Shown: positions 28,698-47,041 of the stretch, one piece after another
Layout of the letters: the number at the start of each line of letters is the position of its first letter
How positions within the stretch are numbered: the first letter of the stretch is position 1
DNA from: the human T2T-CHM13v2.0 reference genome, Homo sapiens
Length of the DNA: 64,000 nucleotides
NCBI RefSeq assembly: GCF_009914755.1
Contig: NC_060932.1
Reading direction: 5' to 3' (one strand)
Position numbers and translations under genes: made by a program
The notes under the pieces: generated by a model
The model's input: the letters and a program-made list of their open reading frames with translations, nothing else
Database searches by the model: none
Told to the model about the DNA's origin: nothing

Positions 28698-29189
28698 GCT
28701 CAGTCGGTTGTATTCCAAATGCCAACTCCTTCAAGGATGGCATTGGTCTTTCAAGGTGTACCTTTCTTTCTTGCCTGAGTTCTAAACCAGTTGAGAAAAC
28801 CAAAACTGTCAGGCCAATAGTGATAAAAAATGCCAGCTTTCTTTTGGATAAAGGCAAGGCTTTATTTTGGATTGTAACATGTGGTGCCTGGCCACACTGG
28901 GCTGCCTAATTCTGAACCCAGAATGACAGATTTGTCCCCAGTGGCTCTAGAAAAGGAGAAACCTCTGCCAGAAGAGACAGAGCCTTTCCTGCTAAGCTGC
29001 CAGCATGGCAGTAGCAGGCAAAGCTAGCTCTCCACAGACAGTGGATCCCAAAGAGGAAGAGAAAAAGGAGGAGCTCTCGCCTACTTATCTCAGTTCCTGT
29101 TCCCCAGACTCAGGAGTCAGAGATGTCACGTATTCTCTCCAGGGGAGGAGAAACTGAGGAGGCAGTAGAGCCTACGTGTGTCTTGTTGG

Positions 29190-29535
29190 GGATTATTCCC
29201 GAATGTGACTGGCTCTTCTACAATAACTCTCCTTGTACTCACACGCTTGTTTAATCCCCTCACCTGAGCATGGGCGGGACCTTTGTGATTTGCTTCTAAT
29301 ACATAGAAGTGATGTCACTTCCAAGGTTTTGATTGCTCTGATGAAGCCAAGTTGGCCCACTGTGAGCTGTTTTATGGTCAGCCAGGAGCAGAGGCTCTTG
29401 CTGTCATCCCAACAGCCTCCGGGGAATTGAATCCTGTCAACAACCGTTTGAGGGAACGTGGATGCAGATCTGCCCTGGATGCCTTGAAATGACTGCAGCT
29501 CTGGAGAACATGATGCTTGCCTCATTGTGAGAGTC
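29190..29535 (+). mobile_element. MLT1 (E/F-like) LTR fragment
   Basis: gtgatttgcttctaa, gaagtgatgtcacttccaag, gaattgaatcctgtcaacaacc. Confidence 0.65.
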
Positions 29536-30009
29536 TCCCCTTCCTTCTCCCTTCTCTCCTTCTTCCCCCTTCTCTTCCTCCTCCTTTTTCCTGTTCATGC
29601 TCTCTTTGTGTTTCATTGTGATTTGCAATGTGATTTGCATACATCAGTGATTTGTGATTTTTGTTTTCAAACTAACGTGTACCATTTCCAAATAAAGTAA
29701 CCTATGGGCTCAGCCACTCTTTGAAACTCAGGCCTCTTTTTCTTTTCTACACAATGCCCCCCTTGGCCTCAGGTGACCCCAGGAGCACCCGCAATGGGGC
29801 TCTTCAGCTCCTGCAACACAATGTGAAAGAGTAACCAGGACTGTCTCGACAGTTTCGACAGTTTCGTTATTAGTCTTTCTGACTAGATTATTGCGCAACT
29901 CCAATTCCATCTTTTCTCTTCCTGCCTGTCATGTGCCTGAAAAAACAACTTGGCCCTTCTTAAAAGCCTTTAAGATGTCCTCATTGCCTAGGTAAGAGCC
30001 ATGCCTCTT

Positions 30010-30302
<293 letters not shown>

Positions 30303-30477
30303 GGTAAGAGCCATACCTCTTAACTTTCACATTCAAGCTGCTTCACAATCTAGTCCAAACTGACCTGGTCATTCTGACCCAGGGGAAAGAGGAGGGAACC
30401 ACTGATTAATGGGGAGACCAACTGAGAGACTTTTGCAAGTATCCAGGTATGCAATGAAGCCCTGCATTAGTAGATAG

Positions 30478-30808
<331 letters not shown>

Positions 30809-33412
30809 AGATTTAGCTTGGTTCATTCATTCATTCCACAATCATTCATTGGCTAGGCATTTTTTGAGATGCTAAGTAATACAACAGTGAACAAAACAAA
30901 CAATTCTTGCTCCGTAAGTTTCCATTCTCCTGGGGAGAAGCAGACAATCAACAAACAAACAAAAAAATAAGATATGTGTTATCATGGGTGATGAGTAATT
31001 GCTATGATGAAAAATAAATCATGGAGTTGGGCATGTACAGAGGTATTGCAATTTAAAATAGGGTAGTCAGGGGAGGCTTCCATGAAAAAGTGACATTAGG
31101 GCAAAGATCAGATTATGTAGAGCCTTGCAGGTCATTGTAAGGCCCTGGTTTGCTGAGGAGAAGTGGTTTTGGTCACTGAATGGGGACATGTATCTTCTGT
31201 TCTGGTAAAGGGGGTAAGCTTTGACCAGTCACTTTGCCTCTGTAAGCCTCAGTTTCTCCATCTGAATTACAACGGTGCCCACCTCAAAGAGTTGTTGTAT
31301 ATTTTAAAAGAGATTGTGTGTGTAGGTAGAACATTCATTCATTTATTCTGTGCACAAAAGTTTATTGAGTGACTACTGTATGCCGCTGACTGTACCTGGC
31401 ACATATAAACCCACACGTGTTGGTGAATATATTATAATTACTACAAAGGGACAAGTTGGCAGGTGAATTTTGTCATACCTTTTTTCAAAATGGCAACTGC
31501 TGCAACCTTGGCCTGATTCACTGGGGACCATGGGAAAGATACAATTTCATGCATCATTGTAGCCTCTCTTCCTTGTTACCTCATAGCCTTACTTCTCACA
31601 CAAGAGGCCATCAATCTCAGTATGCCTGAGGTCATCTGGCTGGAGTGAAATCCCCAAAGATCTTATGAAAAATCTGATGCTAAATAATCAATAGAACGAT
31701 TGCCAATAAGGGCTCCACAATACAAGATCTCGTTCCTTCCAATTTTCAGTGTGAGTCACCTATTGTATTTTTTCACGTTGAGCTTGATGCAGGGGACAGA
31801 CAGGGAGCTCCAAGACACTGTAGAAAGGACGCTTCATGGTAGCATCACCTCAGGGTTTGAAGTTTCCCTAGAAAGGTCAACAAATCCATCATCTGTTTGG
31901 GTCATCTCATTCCACAACAAATGTGTGGAGCCCTCCCGAAGAGGTCCATGGCTGCCTACACTGATGAGTGAAAAATAAAAAGAGAACCCCAAGCCCTTTA
32001 GATTCCAGGATTGATGTGTCTCCCCTGACCTCTGAACTCGGTCTCTTTCCAATTCGACCAAATTGAATTCAGTGCCTACCAGGTACTAGACATAGTGCTA
32101 GTCATTGGAGTATAAAAGTGAATGAGACAGAGCCTTTGCCCTTGAGGAGCTCACGGTCTAGTGTGTGAGACGACACATGCAAACAAACAATGATGATGCA
32201 CCCTGACAAGGGTTATAAAAGAGGCAGACATAAAGGGCCGTGGGAAGACGATGAAGACAGCAAGAGCATTCTGCCTGGGTGTGTGTGGTGGAGTGGTGTC
32301 TGTGCATTAATGAAGGCTACAGATGTCTTCAAGATACCATGGATTGTCAGCTGTTTTCTGATTTAATAACAGCTTTTGGGTAAACAATAAGAAGTGCTGC
32401 CACACTGAATGGCCACATGAACTGTGATAAGCATATCAATGACAGAACTGTTAACATTGTGAAAATACGCTGTTTGAACTCCCTTTCTCCAAAATCTGGT
32501 ATCTCCTACACCTGAGTGTGGACTCAGAGAAAGTCTCTTCTCAGCATCAAGTGGGCAGGACTAGCTGAGAGGCCCAGTTTACAGCTTAGAGAGATCTGAG
32601 AACAGGCAGAGGCCACTAGGCAGACACAAAACCTAACTGGCTGGCCAACACTGGAGTTCTGAGGGCATGGAGTAAATCTTTGCTCCCAGAACTCCTTCCA
32701 AGGAAAATACAGTGCATGCTTGCAAGAAGGTTGCAAGAAATACTTCAATAAGATGCTACTGAGGATGTTGGTGACGTGGATCTTCAAAACGTCTGCTCAG
32801 GCTGCTAACTGCCTTCCAGGGAGGCTGCAGTTGGGTCAGTTGTTGGGACTCTGGTTTTGCAAAGTTTGATGGGCAAGCTCAGAGCCAAATTGCTGTGATG
32901 GTGGAGGACAGGCTGGGGTGGCCACTAACAAGAAGGCCTCCTTCACCCACCCTGCCCCTCTCTTTTAAATAAATGCAGAATAGATATTGAAAGAATATCC
33001 ATTTCAAGGTGCATGAGACTTCCCTGCCTGGAGGTCCCACTGTTTCTACGCAGCTTTGGCTGAAAAGCAGCATTCAGAAGGAATAAGTGTCAACCCAGAG
33101 GCTAGGCTGGGATGTGGAAACTCGGGGAGAGGCTGTGGGTGCAGTCTCTGGAGCCACTAGGGCAGAGCAGCTGCATTCAGAATGGAGGTGAGGAGGTGGG
33201 AGGCAGGCCCGGGGCTGTTCCTCAGGCTCTGCAGCCTACTGCAGGGGTGTTACAGGACACTGGTGACCAATGTGGGCTGAGGAGGAACTGTTCAGGGTGC
33301 TGAGGCTATTCGGACCACGTCCACATTCCAGGATGTGAGTTTTGGGGCTTCCTAATTATTGCCTGCTGGATTATCTTTTCTTTTGCCACCACTGCCTCCC
33401 TAAGTCACTGTC

Positions 33413-33787
33413 TGTATTAGTTTGTTTTCATGCTGCTGATAAAGACATACCTGAGACTGGGTAATTACTAAAGAAAGAGGTTTAATTGGACTTACAGTTC
33501 CACATGGCTGGGGAAGCCTCACAATTATGGCGGAAGGCAAGGAGGAGCAAGTCCCGTCTTACATGCATGGCAGCAGTCAAAGAGAGAATGAGGAAGACGC
33601 AAAAGTAGAAAGGCCTGATAAAACCATCAGATCTTGTGAGACTTATTTACTACCACGAGAACAGTATGGGAAGATCTACCCCCATGGTTCAATTATCTCC
33701 CACCAGATCCCTCCCACAACACATGGGAATTATGGGAGTACAATTCAAGATGAGATTTGGGTGGGGACACAGAGCCAAACCATATTG
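33413..33787 (-). mobile_element. THE1 solo LTR
   Basis: tgtattagtttgttttcatgctgctgataaagacatacc...ggggacacagagccaaaccatat; TSD ctgtc/ctgcc. Confidence 0.9.
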
Positions 33788-33800
33788 CTGCCTTTACCAG

Positions 33801-33850
33801 ATGTGTGTGTGTGTGTGCGCGCTCGCATACGCACACGTGCATGTGTGTGT
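33801..33850. repeat. Alternating purine-pyrimidine (TG/CG/CA) tract
   Basis: Direct reading. Confidence 0.9.
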
Positions 33851-34759
33851 TTAGGGGTGGAGAACGTGGGGGCAAAGGATGGAGAAAAGAGCAAAACATA
33901 GACCAGAAAGATCGCCCTGGTTCACAGCATTCTGGAGACCACCTGAGTTGAAACGGGCTCTGTCGGGAGGGAGAGGAGTTGACCATCTTGGCTGAGAGCA
34001 CAGTAGTTTGAATCCCTCAGGCCTCTGTTTGAATCTTGTCTCTGTGATATTGGGCAAGTTATTTAGTCTCTCCACAGTATCAGTCTCCTGGTCTGTAACA
34101 TCTATCTTGTAGGACTATCAGCAGAATTAACTGAAATCATGCATCATAGAGGGTATAGCATTGCGCCTAGCTCATGGTAAATGCTTAGTGAATAGTACCT
34201 ATCATTGTTATTATATGAAGTATATATTCATATTAGGACTCATTTTTGCACTTTTGTTCAAACCAAACCCTAAAATAGCTGCACTCAGCAGTCAATGGGC
34301 CAAAAGACTATATCACGAATTTCCAAAGAAGGCAATCTCTTCATTGAAACCTAAGGCAAAGTGCAAAGGCCCAGGTTCTCCCATTTTCTTGCTGAAAGAT
34401 CTTGAGTAACTCGCTTGACTTCTGTGAGTGCATTTTCCTACCTAACAAATGGAGAAGGAGGCTCTCAACACTGGTATGTTTGCTTAAAAACAGAATAACC
34501 CACATTCTTTAGGGTTGGGGACACGCACTGGGACCCTCTTCCCACAAAAAGGGAAGCTTGATGTGTGTACCTTATCAGCTAGGATTTCCACCTTGTTCCT
34601 CCTGTTAAGGCCAGCTTCTTAGTGTCGATAACTGGCTTATGGTAGGTGTTATATGGATATGTGTTAAATAAATAAGTGATGTAACTTACAGTGACACTCT
34701 GGATCCATTTATCCGTCTATCCATTCAAGAAACACATGTGGCTCGGGCAAAATTTCCTT

Positions 34760-34925
34760 CTTTCTTTCTTTTTTGGGGGGATAGAGTCTCACTCTGTCAT
34801 CCAGGTTGGAATTCAGTGGCATCATCATAGCTCACTGCAGCCTCAAACTCCTGGGCTTAAGTGATCCTCCTGCCTTGGCCTCGCAAAGCACTAGGGTTAC
34901 ACACATGAGTTACCATGCTTAGCCT
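34760..34925 (-). mobile_element. Alu monomer (FLAM/FRAM-type)
   Basis: Single antisense arm. Confidence 0.8.
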
Positions 34926-35147
34926 AAGACAAGATTTCTCAGCAAGTGGATGCCAGCCACCTGCTTGTGTTGAGCCCTTTCTTCTCCTTCTGAGGGAGGA
35001 TTTGCCCTTTGTCATCCTGCTTCCCTAGACTTGAGGAAGGGCACAAAAATGGGAAATAGGTAGAGAGAGGCAGAGTTCCAAAGATATGGGAGGAAAGCGA
35101 GAAAGGACGCTTGCTTAAAGTGGAAAGCAAACCAAAGGCAGAAAAGA

Positions 35148-36150
<1,003 letters not shown>

Positions 36151-36623
36151 CAAGAAAAGCCAAAAAGAGAAGCAGATTTACCTAACAAAGAATGGGGAGA
36201 GAGAGGTGAGGTAGGGAGAAGGCAGGGAAGTCAAAGAGGAAGAACCAGTCACACGGCCTCTCGGCCTCTCGGGGCTGTGTGAGGGAGAGTGCTTGAGGAT
36301 GTGGCAGGGGAAAGGGAGGTAGGGTTGGCAGCCAGAGGCTCCAGAGCAATTTCAGAGCGTAAGAGAGCTGGAGAGGAGAAGACATTTTGGATGAGCGTCA
36401 CTGTCAGTTATATATCGCATCCCCTTTCCTGTTCTTGGAGATACCTAGGTAAAGAATGGGATTCCTTTTTCACTATGTTGGCTGTAAGACTATGGTTCTT
36501 TCAATTCAACTGCACCCAAAAACAAGGGATATGGGACTCAGGGTTTATAAGCTTTGTACAAATAATGAGCATATATCATATGCTAGAATCTAGGTGAGGA
36601 GGCAGGGACACAGAAATGTATCA

Positions 36624-36992
<369 letters not shown>

Positions 36993-37967
36993 TCACATAT
37001 GTGCATGCACACACACACACACACACACATTCTCTCTCTCTCATATACTCATCCAGGCACCAAGGCTTAAAGGCCATAGTGGAGAATCAAACAATGTGCT
37101 CTTGGTATAATCAAGGAAGTCTTCACAGAGGAGGTGCCATTTGAGCCAGGCCTTGAAGGGGAAGGTATCCAAATCCTTGTGGAGTACACAACTTAAAAAG
37201 AAATAGAAATATGTATGTGTGTGTAAAAATATTAATATTCACATATGATATGGGATATGTCTAATGAGCATATGAATAAGGTACAGAGGGAACACAGAGG
37301 AAGGAGGGGCTGAACCTGCCCCTGACAGTCAGGAAGAGTCACAGGGGAGATGACCCTTAATTTGGGTCTTGAAAGATGCATGGAAGTTCACCAGGTAAAA
37401 ATATTGCAAAGAATGTCATTCAGAGTCTAGACAGAGGGAACATTGTGTGCAAAGACCTGGTGGCCTCAGTCCCTTGGTCCCATGGATGGGCTGGATAGCA
37501 CTTCTGAAGCTTTAACCTGGCCTGGCCATGCCTAAATAGTTGTTTCTCTGGTGTTTCAAGGGTAGATAAGAACAGACCAGAGTTTGTTATAATAAGTGGT
37601 GCTCTCAGTGGTGAGTCCACTCAATTCCTCTCTGGTGATGGACAATGTCACACAGTGAAGATATTAATATCTTCCCAAGAAAGTAAAACCACCTGGATTT
37701 GGCTCTGTGCATCCACCCAGATAAAGGAAATACTGTCTTTCACAGAAAGAAGCCACTGAGGTTTAGAGGAGCTGCAGCTCTGAAACCCTAAAGCCTATTC
37801 CAATGGTGGGAGTGGTGGTGGGGGAGTCTGTGAGAGGGAGCTGCAGCTATGGCCTAAACTTTGTGCCAGCACCTCAAAGACATTGCCTCATACATGTTTA
37901 TGTTTCCCTGGTTTCAGATGTCTCTCTCCAGATTGTCCAGATGATTGTCATTATAAGAATGTGGAAG

Positions 37968-38369
<402 letters not shown>

Positions 38370-38715
38370 TCAGGAAAGGATGGACTCGTAGGCAAGTAAC
38401 TTAAATTTACTCAGCTTCACTTTGCTCAACTGTAAGCTGGGCATCATCATATTATTTCATGGAGTTTGGGGATTAAATGAGACAATATGCTCCTACTCTA
38501 TGGAATGGAACAGACAATACTAACCCCATTTTACCGTTGAGCAGACTGAAGTCTGGTGCATAGTAGGTACTCAGCGAATAGCGGTATTAGTTGTCATCAT
38601 CATTGTCATCATCCTCATTCCAGGTATGTGGACCCATACAAAGAGCATGGATATAGAAGGTTTCTGATGATCTTGTTTGTTGCTATTTCTCCAGTCTCTA
38701 GAACAGCACCTGCAA

Positions 38716-39173
<458 letters not shown>

Positions 39174-40789
39174 CTATAGAAAGGGGATAATAATACCCAC
39201 CTCATTGAATTCTTGAAAATGATAAAATAGTGCCTGACTAAAGGATCCCTGGTTTTAGTCAGGCTAAAAGCCTGACCACTGCTATTAGTGGAATCAAGGA
39301 TGTCTTCACAGAGGAGGTGCCATTTGAGCTGGGCCTTGAAGGGAAAGGGATCCAAGTTCATGTGGCATTCACTGCCTGAAAAGAAATAGAAATATGTATG
39401 TGTATGTAAAAGTATTACTATTCACATGTAATATGGGATATTATATAAAATATATACTATTCAATATATATAAATTATATATTCACATATATACATACAT
39501 CATATAATATTTACATATAATATGGGCTAAAAGCCTGGCTTGGCAGTGGTGCAGTGTCTGGTTGGAAAATCCTTACATCTCTGCTACAGGTTCATGGATA
39601 TATTCGTGGATTTGAGGAGTGTTTTTCCACCCACATGTTTTTAGAGCACCCCTCCCCCTGAAGACCGTGGCCTGAGAGTTGTTATGCAGACCTTTTACCA
39701 GGAACAGAGTGATAGGTAATTAAAAAGGCTCTTGGTCTGGGAGAAAAAGGGACAGTGTGTGTAATGGTTAGTGACACTGGCTATGGGTATTGTGTGATCT
39801 TGGGCATGTTGTTTGACTTATCTGAGCCTCAATCCTGCAGCTGCAAAATAGAAACTGCCAAAGTATCCATCTCATAGCACAGAATACTCTTTAAATGGTA
39901 GTGAAACAAATGCCTGGGGGGAGGCGGCAAAGGACAGGCTCCTGTGCTGAACCTCCTATTAAACAAATGGCTTTCCCTCAGCACAGTCCCTGGGGCCCAC
40001 AGTCACTGACAAAGGTAATTTAATTATACTGTTGGCAAGGGAAGATGTTGCTGACCCGCAGTTATCATTATATGAATTTTTGGAGATGTACATAAGAGAT
40101 TGTTGGAAGAGCCACCTTCAAGACTCTTTCTTAATCACAATCTGAGGTGTTTTCCAGTTGGATTTGTCTTCTGCCAAGATTTTTTTTTTTTTTTAAACTT
40201 TTCCCTCTTAAAGAAGAGGCTGACAGGATCTCCCAAGAAGAAACAAATTATCCTGCTTGCAAACTACACAAGGTTGTGTTCAGGCCTTGGATGGCTGACA
40301 AGGATCCTGTTGGCTTTGGCAGAGAGAGGTAACTGGGGACAGGTGAGGTGGAATTACTAGGCATTTGACTTCAGCAGTTCAGTTCAGCCAGCATTTATTT
40401 GGCATCTCCTCAATGTACTAAGCGTTGGGAATGTAGAGACTGACCAAAGTATGGTCTCTACCTTCAAGGAGCTCACAGTCTATTGGGGAAAAAGATATAG
40501 ACAGAGCTCAAAGCTCTACAGAACAGAACACATAAAGGACATTGGGGCAGGGGTCCCCTGGGGGAATAGTGAGGCTGAGAAGACAGGGGTGGTTGCTTGA
40601 TAAGGTTATATCCTCTCTGGTTGGGAAGGAGTATTGTATCTTTTGTCACAGTCTTCCAGAGCTCCAGAAAGCTCTTTAATTCATCTAATTAATCACTGCA
40701 CTCCTTTCTCTCCCTTCTTTCCTTCCTTCCTCCCCACCTCCTTCCCTCCCTCCCTTCCTTCCTCTCTCTCTTTCTCTTTCTCTTTTTCT

Positions 40790-41222
<433 letters not shown>

Positions 41223-41524
41223 TGATTTTGGCAGGCATATGGCAGATGGAGCAAGAATGTGAGAGGCCTTAGGAAACAGATGCTAGAGAAGGATACTGCA
41301 CCAGTCCACAGGGAATTGATGAGGAGCTGAGCTCAGAAGATGGTGCTGGGGATGGAGAGGAGGGAGAGATTCAAGGGCCACGAAGGGGCAGACTCTATAG
41401 GACCTGATAGCAGATTTGTATGAAGTGACGGGGAAAAAGGGTCTAGACTGTGCTCAGATTGGGTTATCTATGGTTGATGTCTGAAGGCATTTAGTCCATG
41501 ATAATGATTTTCTAGTAAGTTAGC

Positions 41525-41999
41525 CAGTGTTTCCACAGGGCCACCTGTGTACTACTAGTAAAATATGCCTGTATGGCACACATGAGCTGATTTTCTGTGG
41601 TGCACTAATATGGAATTAACCTTAAAACATAAAGTGAGATAGTAGCTTCCCCACTCCCTTTTCTTTTCAACAATATGGAGGAAGTTTCAGTTCAAGGTCA
41701 ATAAGTGAAACGCCTTTCTGTCTCTTCTTAACCTTTTTTTCCTGAACAAAGCTAAGAGTCTTACAGAAGCAATGGCATTTGGCTGGAATTCAACAATAAT
41801 GTTGTGTTTTCATTGTAGTTCTTTCTTTGTTTCCTTTTATTTATAGCAAGCACTTTTCATTTTTTCTACATCTAGTTCCCTTTGTAAATAAATTTATTTA
41901 AATTTTAAAAGGGAGCTAGTCTAAAGAAGAAACACACTAAGAAGATATGGCAAAAGTTGTACGGGTTTTATTTGAAGGAGCAAAGGTTGAGGAAACACA
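41525..41999. mobile_element. Probable old hAT-Charlie-type DNA transposon
   Basis: Terminal inverted repeat-like gtgtttcc...ggaaacac around an AT-rich interior. Confidence 0.4.
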
Positions 42000-42088
42000 T
42001 CCCTAGTCCCACCTATGTTGCATATGCTGTTATAGAGGGTGACTAGAATAGATGATTCAAAAGGCATGAAGAATGGATTACAGAATTA

Positions 42089-42531
<443 letters not shown>

Positions 42532-43044
42532 TTAGATGAACAACTTTGCCTAGTGTACGTGGCCTAATTATAGATGATAATTTTGTTTTTCACTCAAATA
42601 GGGTAATATCTCCGCATTTTCTGATTTATTTGAGAGGAGCAATATAATGTCACGCATTTCCAAATGAAGGGGAGGCGTGCAGAAAGAGTGGGAGAGGAAG
42701 AGGCAGTTCACAATTTTCATGATGTGGGATTTCACCTTATTCATACGGTATTTTTCTTCTTCCCAGCAATTTCACGTATTGTATTGTATCATTTGAGCCT
42801 CCCAGCAATTGTGACTTTGTTACTGAGGAAATAAGTAGAAATGACTGAGAATGGGTAAATGATTTACCCACGATCACCCCATTAGCAATGATAACAGCCA
42901 CGTGCACCATCTGTCAGGCACTGTCTGAGCACCGTACGTGTGCTGTGTTAATACCCCTGCAACATCCCTGTGATGGTCGGGTGGCTGTTATTACCATGAT
43001 CGTCATCATCCCTGCTTTAGGGATGAGGAAGCGGACTTCATGTA

Positions 43045-43449
43045 TGTATTAGTCCATTCTTGCATCACTATGAAGAAATACCTGAGACTGGGTAGTTTAT
43101 AAAGAAAAGAGATTTAATTGGCTCACAGTTCTGCACACTGTGCAGAAAGCATGGTGCCAGTATCTATTTTTGGTGAGGGCCTCAGAAAACTTCCACTCAT
43201 GGCGGAGGTGGAACAGGCACAGGCGTGTCACATGGTGACAGCAGGATCAAGAGTGTGAGGGGGGAGGTGCCACACACTTTCAAACAATCAGATCTCACAG
43301 GGAGAATGCACTCATTACCATAAAGAGGCCACCACGCCATTCATAAGGAATCCACCCCCATGGCCCAGACACTTCCCACCAGGCCCCTCTTCCTGAGATT
43401 ACATTTCAACATAAGTGATTTAGAGGGGACAAATATCCAAACCATATCC
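43045..43449 (-). mobile_element. MST (MSTB-like) solo LTR in a MIR
   Basis: tgtattagtccattcttgc...ggacaaatatccaaaccatatc; TSD atgta/gtgta. Confidence 0.85.
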
Positions 43450-44887
43450 GTGTAACTTGGTCGACATCATATATCTAGCAAGTCGAGATCTAGGATTTGA
43501 ACTCAAGCAATCTCTTTGTAGGGCCCATGTACTTAACAACTCTGTCATACTGTGCGGTAGTAAGGACTTTGGCTCATGTTCTATATCCTGTGTTCTACAA
43601 ACATTTATTGAGCACTTGCTGTGTGCCAGGCACTATGCTAGGCACAGGGGCTATAGAGACAAACTAGACTCAGCCCCTGCCCTCGGGACCTCAGAGTTGG
43701 GTAAGGGAGGAGATAGACACAGACAATTCAAGGTGACAATTGTGATAGGTCAAGAACAAGATCTAGTGAAGGCACGAACAGGGAGAATAATTAACTCAGG
43801 GAAGGCCTTGGCTCTCAGGAGGCGTGGCTGGAGTTGGCCTTAATGGGTGAGTTCCCATGGATGGATGTTGAAAGTGGCCTGATGGGGAAGGCATTCCCAA
43901 GTAGAACAAGCCACTGGTGGAAATAGTTGTAAAGCAAGATGGCATGTTTGGGAGATTGTAATTTGGCCTAACAGGAGCATGCCTGAGGAGACCAAGGAGG
44001 AGTGGGAATGGAGATTTCAGAGCAAAGTGCATGGCAGAGGGAGTTTGGTTTGAAACACCTGGTAAAACAAAAACATCCCCCCAAATCCATCCTCCACTAG
44101 GAAACAATGGTAATATCTGCATAAGCCAACAAAGTATGAGGGGATGCTATAGCGAAAGGCAGACCTGTGAATGCAACCTTAAGGCTTGTGGTGGAGATGT
44201 ACCAGAGTGGAAACAGACCAAGTCGGGATCCTCACGGCCCCTCAAGGTCCAACCAGCACTGAAAAAGTCCCTCTCTGCCTTGCATCTTTATAGAGACTCA
44301 GTGGCATTTGTCATTTTTCCATTCCCCTAATAAGATTGTTGCTTTCAATTTTCATCTTCTTGGCATTTAATCACCCTCCTTTGAAGAGGGCTGGTGCAAA
44401 ACAACCTAGATGCAGCCATTCAATTATGCTGAGTATGAGGAGAAAATTATCATCAGAACAACCTGCCAGTAAAGCCCTGTGTTTACTCAATTTTATCTCC
44501 CCAGCAATATTCGTCTTTGGAAATCATATTTGCATATATTCGCAGTTGTCTTGAACAGAGTGTCGAGCATGATGCTTGGTATACATAGCTATGGAATTCC
44601 AAATGGTTCTTAGGGGTCTGTGAGGACAGTCAACATCACTTATTCAGCATTGAAGGAACACTGACAGTGCACAAGGCACTTTGCTAGAAGCTGGGAGGAG
44701 ATGGGAGATACAGAGATGAATTAGGTGAGGAGCTAGATCAAGGAGCCCAAGCTCTAGTAGGGGAGATAAAAGCTATAAATAACTGCAGTACAGGCAGAAG
44801 TGCTGAGGACCTTAGGAGAGGCAGAGAGTGTGGCTTTGCCGTTCAGAGGAGGGAGATTATTTCTAGCTCAGGGAATTAGCAAAGGCT

Positions 44888-45195
44888 TATTTTATTTTAT
44901 TTATTTATTTATTTTGAGACAGAGTCTTGGTCTGTCGCCCACGCTGGAGTGCAGTGGCGCGATCTCGGCTCACAGCAAGCTCTGCCTCCCGGGTTCACAC
45001 TATTGTCCTGCCTCAGCCTCCGGAGTAGCTGGGACTACAGGCGCCCGCCACCATGCCTGGCTAATTTTTTGTATTTTTAGTAGAGACGGGGTTTCACCGT
45101 GTTAGCCAGGATGGTCTTGATCTCCTGACCTCGTGATCTGCCCGCCTCGGCCTCCCAAAGTGCTGGGATTACAGGCGTGAGCCACTGCGCCTGGC
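44888..45195 (-). mobile_element. AluY
   Basis: gcaagctc, caccgtgttagccaggatgg, gacctcgtgatc. Confidence 0.9.
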
Positions 45196-45197
45196 AT

Positions 45198-45520
<323 letters not shown>

Positions 45521-45824
45521 TAAGCAAAATCTTTTGATGGTTCCACCTAAACTGAGCTTTCAGTCATTTACTCAGCAAGTATATGTTTGCTATAGGGGCA
45601 AGAATTCTGCCAAGTGCTAGAAACACCCAGGTAATGCTGAACAAGGCAGAAAAGGAAACTGCTCTCATGGAGCTCCTATTCTAGTAGCGGGGAGGGAGAC
45701 GTAAAAACACAAGTGAACAAATCATGAACAGGAAAATCTGGAATAAGTGCCTTGAAAAAAATCAAACAGATTGATCAAAAGATTATGCCTGGGGCATATA
45801 CGGCTACTTTATATTGGGTTCTGT

Positions 45825-46282
<458 letters not shown>

Positions 46283-46976
46283 CAGGGGTCTTAGATTTAT
46301 AAGGGTCAACCTTGCAAGGATTTAGGAAAACAGAGTTTGAGACAGAGGAAACTGCAAGTGCAAAGGTGCTGAGGCAGGAAGGAGTATTGGTTGTTGGTGG
46401 CCGGAGCACAGAGAAGGCAGAGTGAAAGAAGATGAGATTGGTGAGGTGGGTGGAGCCAAAGTGTGCAGGGCCCCTGAGACTATAGGGAGGAGTTTGAATT
46501 TTACTGCAAGCATAATAGAAAACCCTGGGTATGGTTTGTGGGGGAGGGGCAGGTCAGTCACATGGAGATGAGAGGGGGCTCATTCCAGGCAGAAGGAGAA
46601 GCAGAATCATATTTGGGGCTTGTAAAGAAGCCATTTTAGAGAAACGTATCAGGAGCCATTCTGGGGCCAGATGAAGGAGACCTTCAAATGACTGTAGTTT
46701 GGCCTTTGACCCTGGGAAACATAACCATAAAGGAATTTGTTCTTTAGATCCTGGAGATCCTGTCTGTGGTGCAGACAGTCACCTGTGAGTTATTTTATCT
46801 CAGCAAACATCTCTTTTATAGGAATGTTCGGCATTCCCAGAGCTTTTAATATTCTGCCAAGTCAATGAGAGATGAAATTGATTTATACCAGCAGCCCTGA
46901 GACCACAGGACAGGATGAGTCCCTCTCCTTCCTGGGAGCCTTGGGCACATACTTCTTGCTTTCCTCACAACCAGCA

Positions 46977-47041
46977 CCACACACACACACACACGCACAC
47001 ACACACACACACACACACAACCACACAGACTCACACAAACA
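46977..47041. repeat. (CA)n microsatellite
   Basis: Direct reading. Confidence 0.95.

Noticed and set aside
28369-28857. 162-aa minus-strand ORF with a hydrophobic N-terminus
   Set aside because: Non-ATG start, runs through MER45 and MIR-like remnants, no family resemblance
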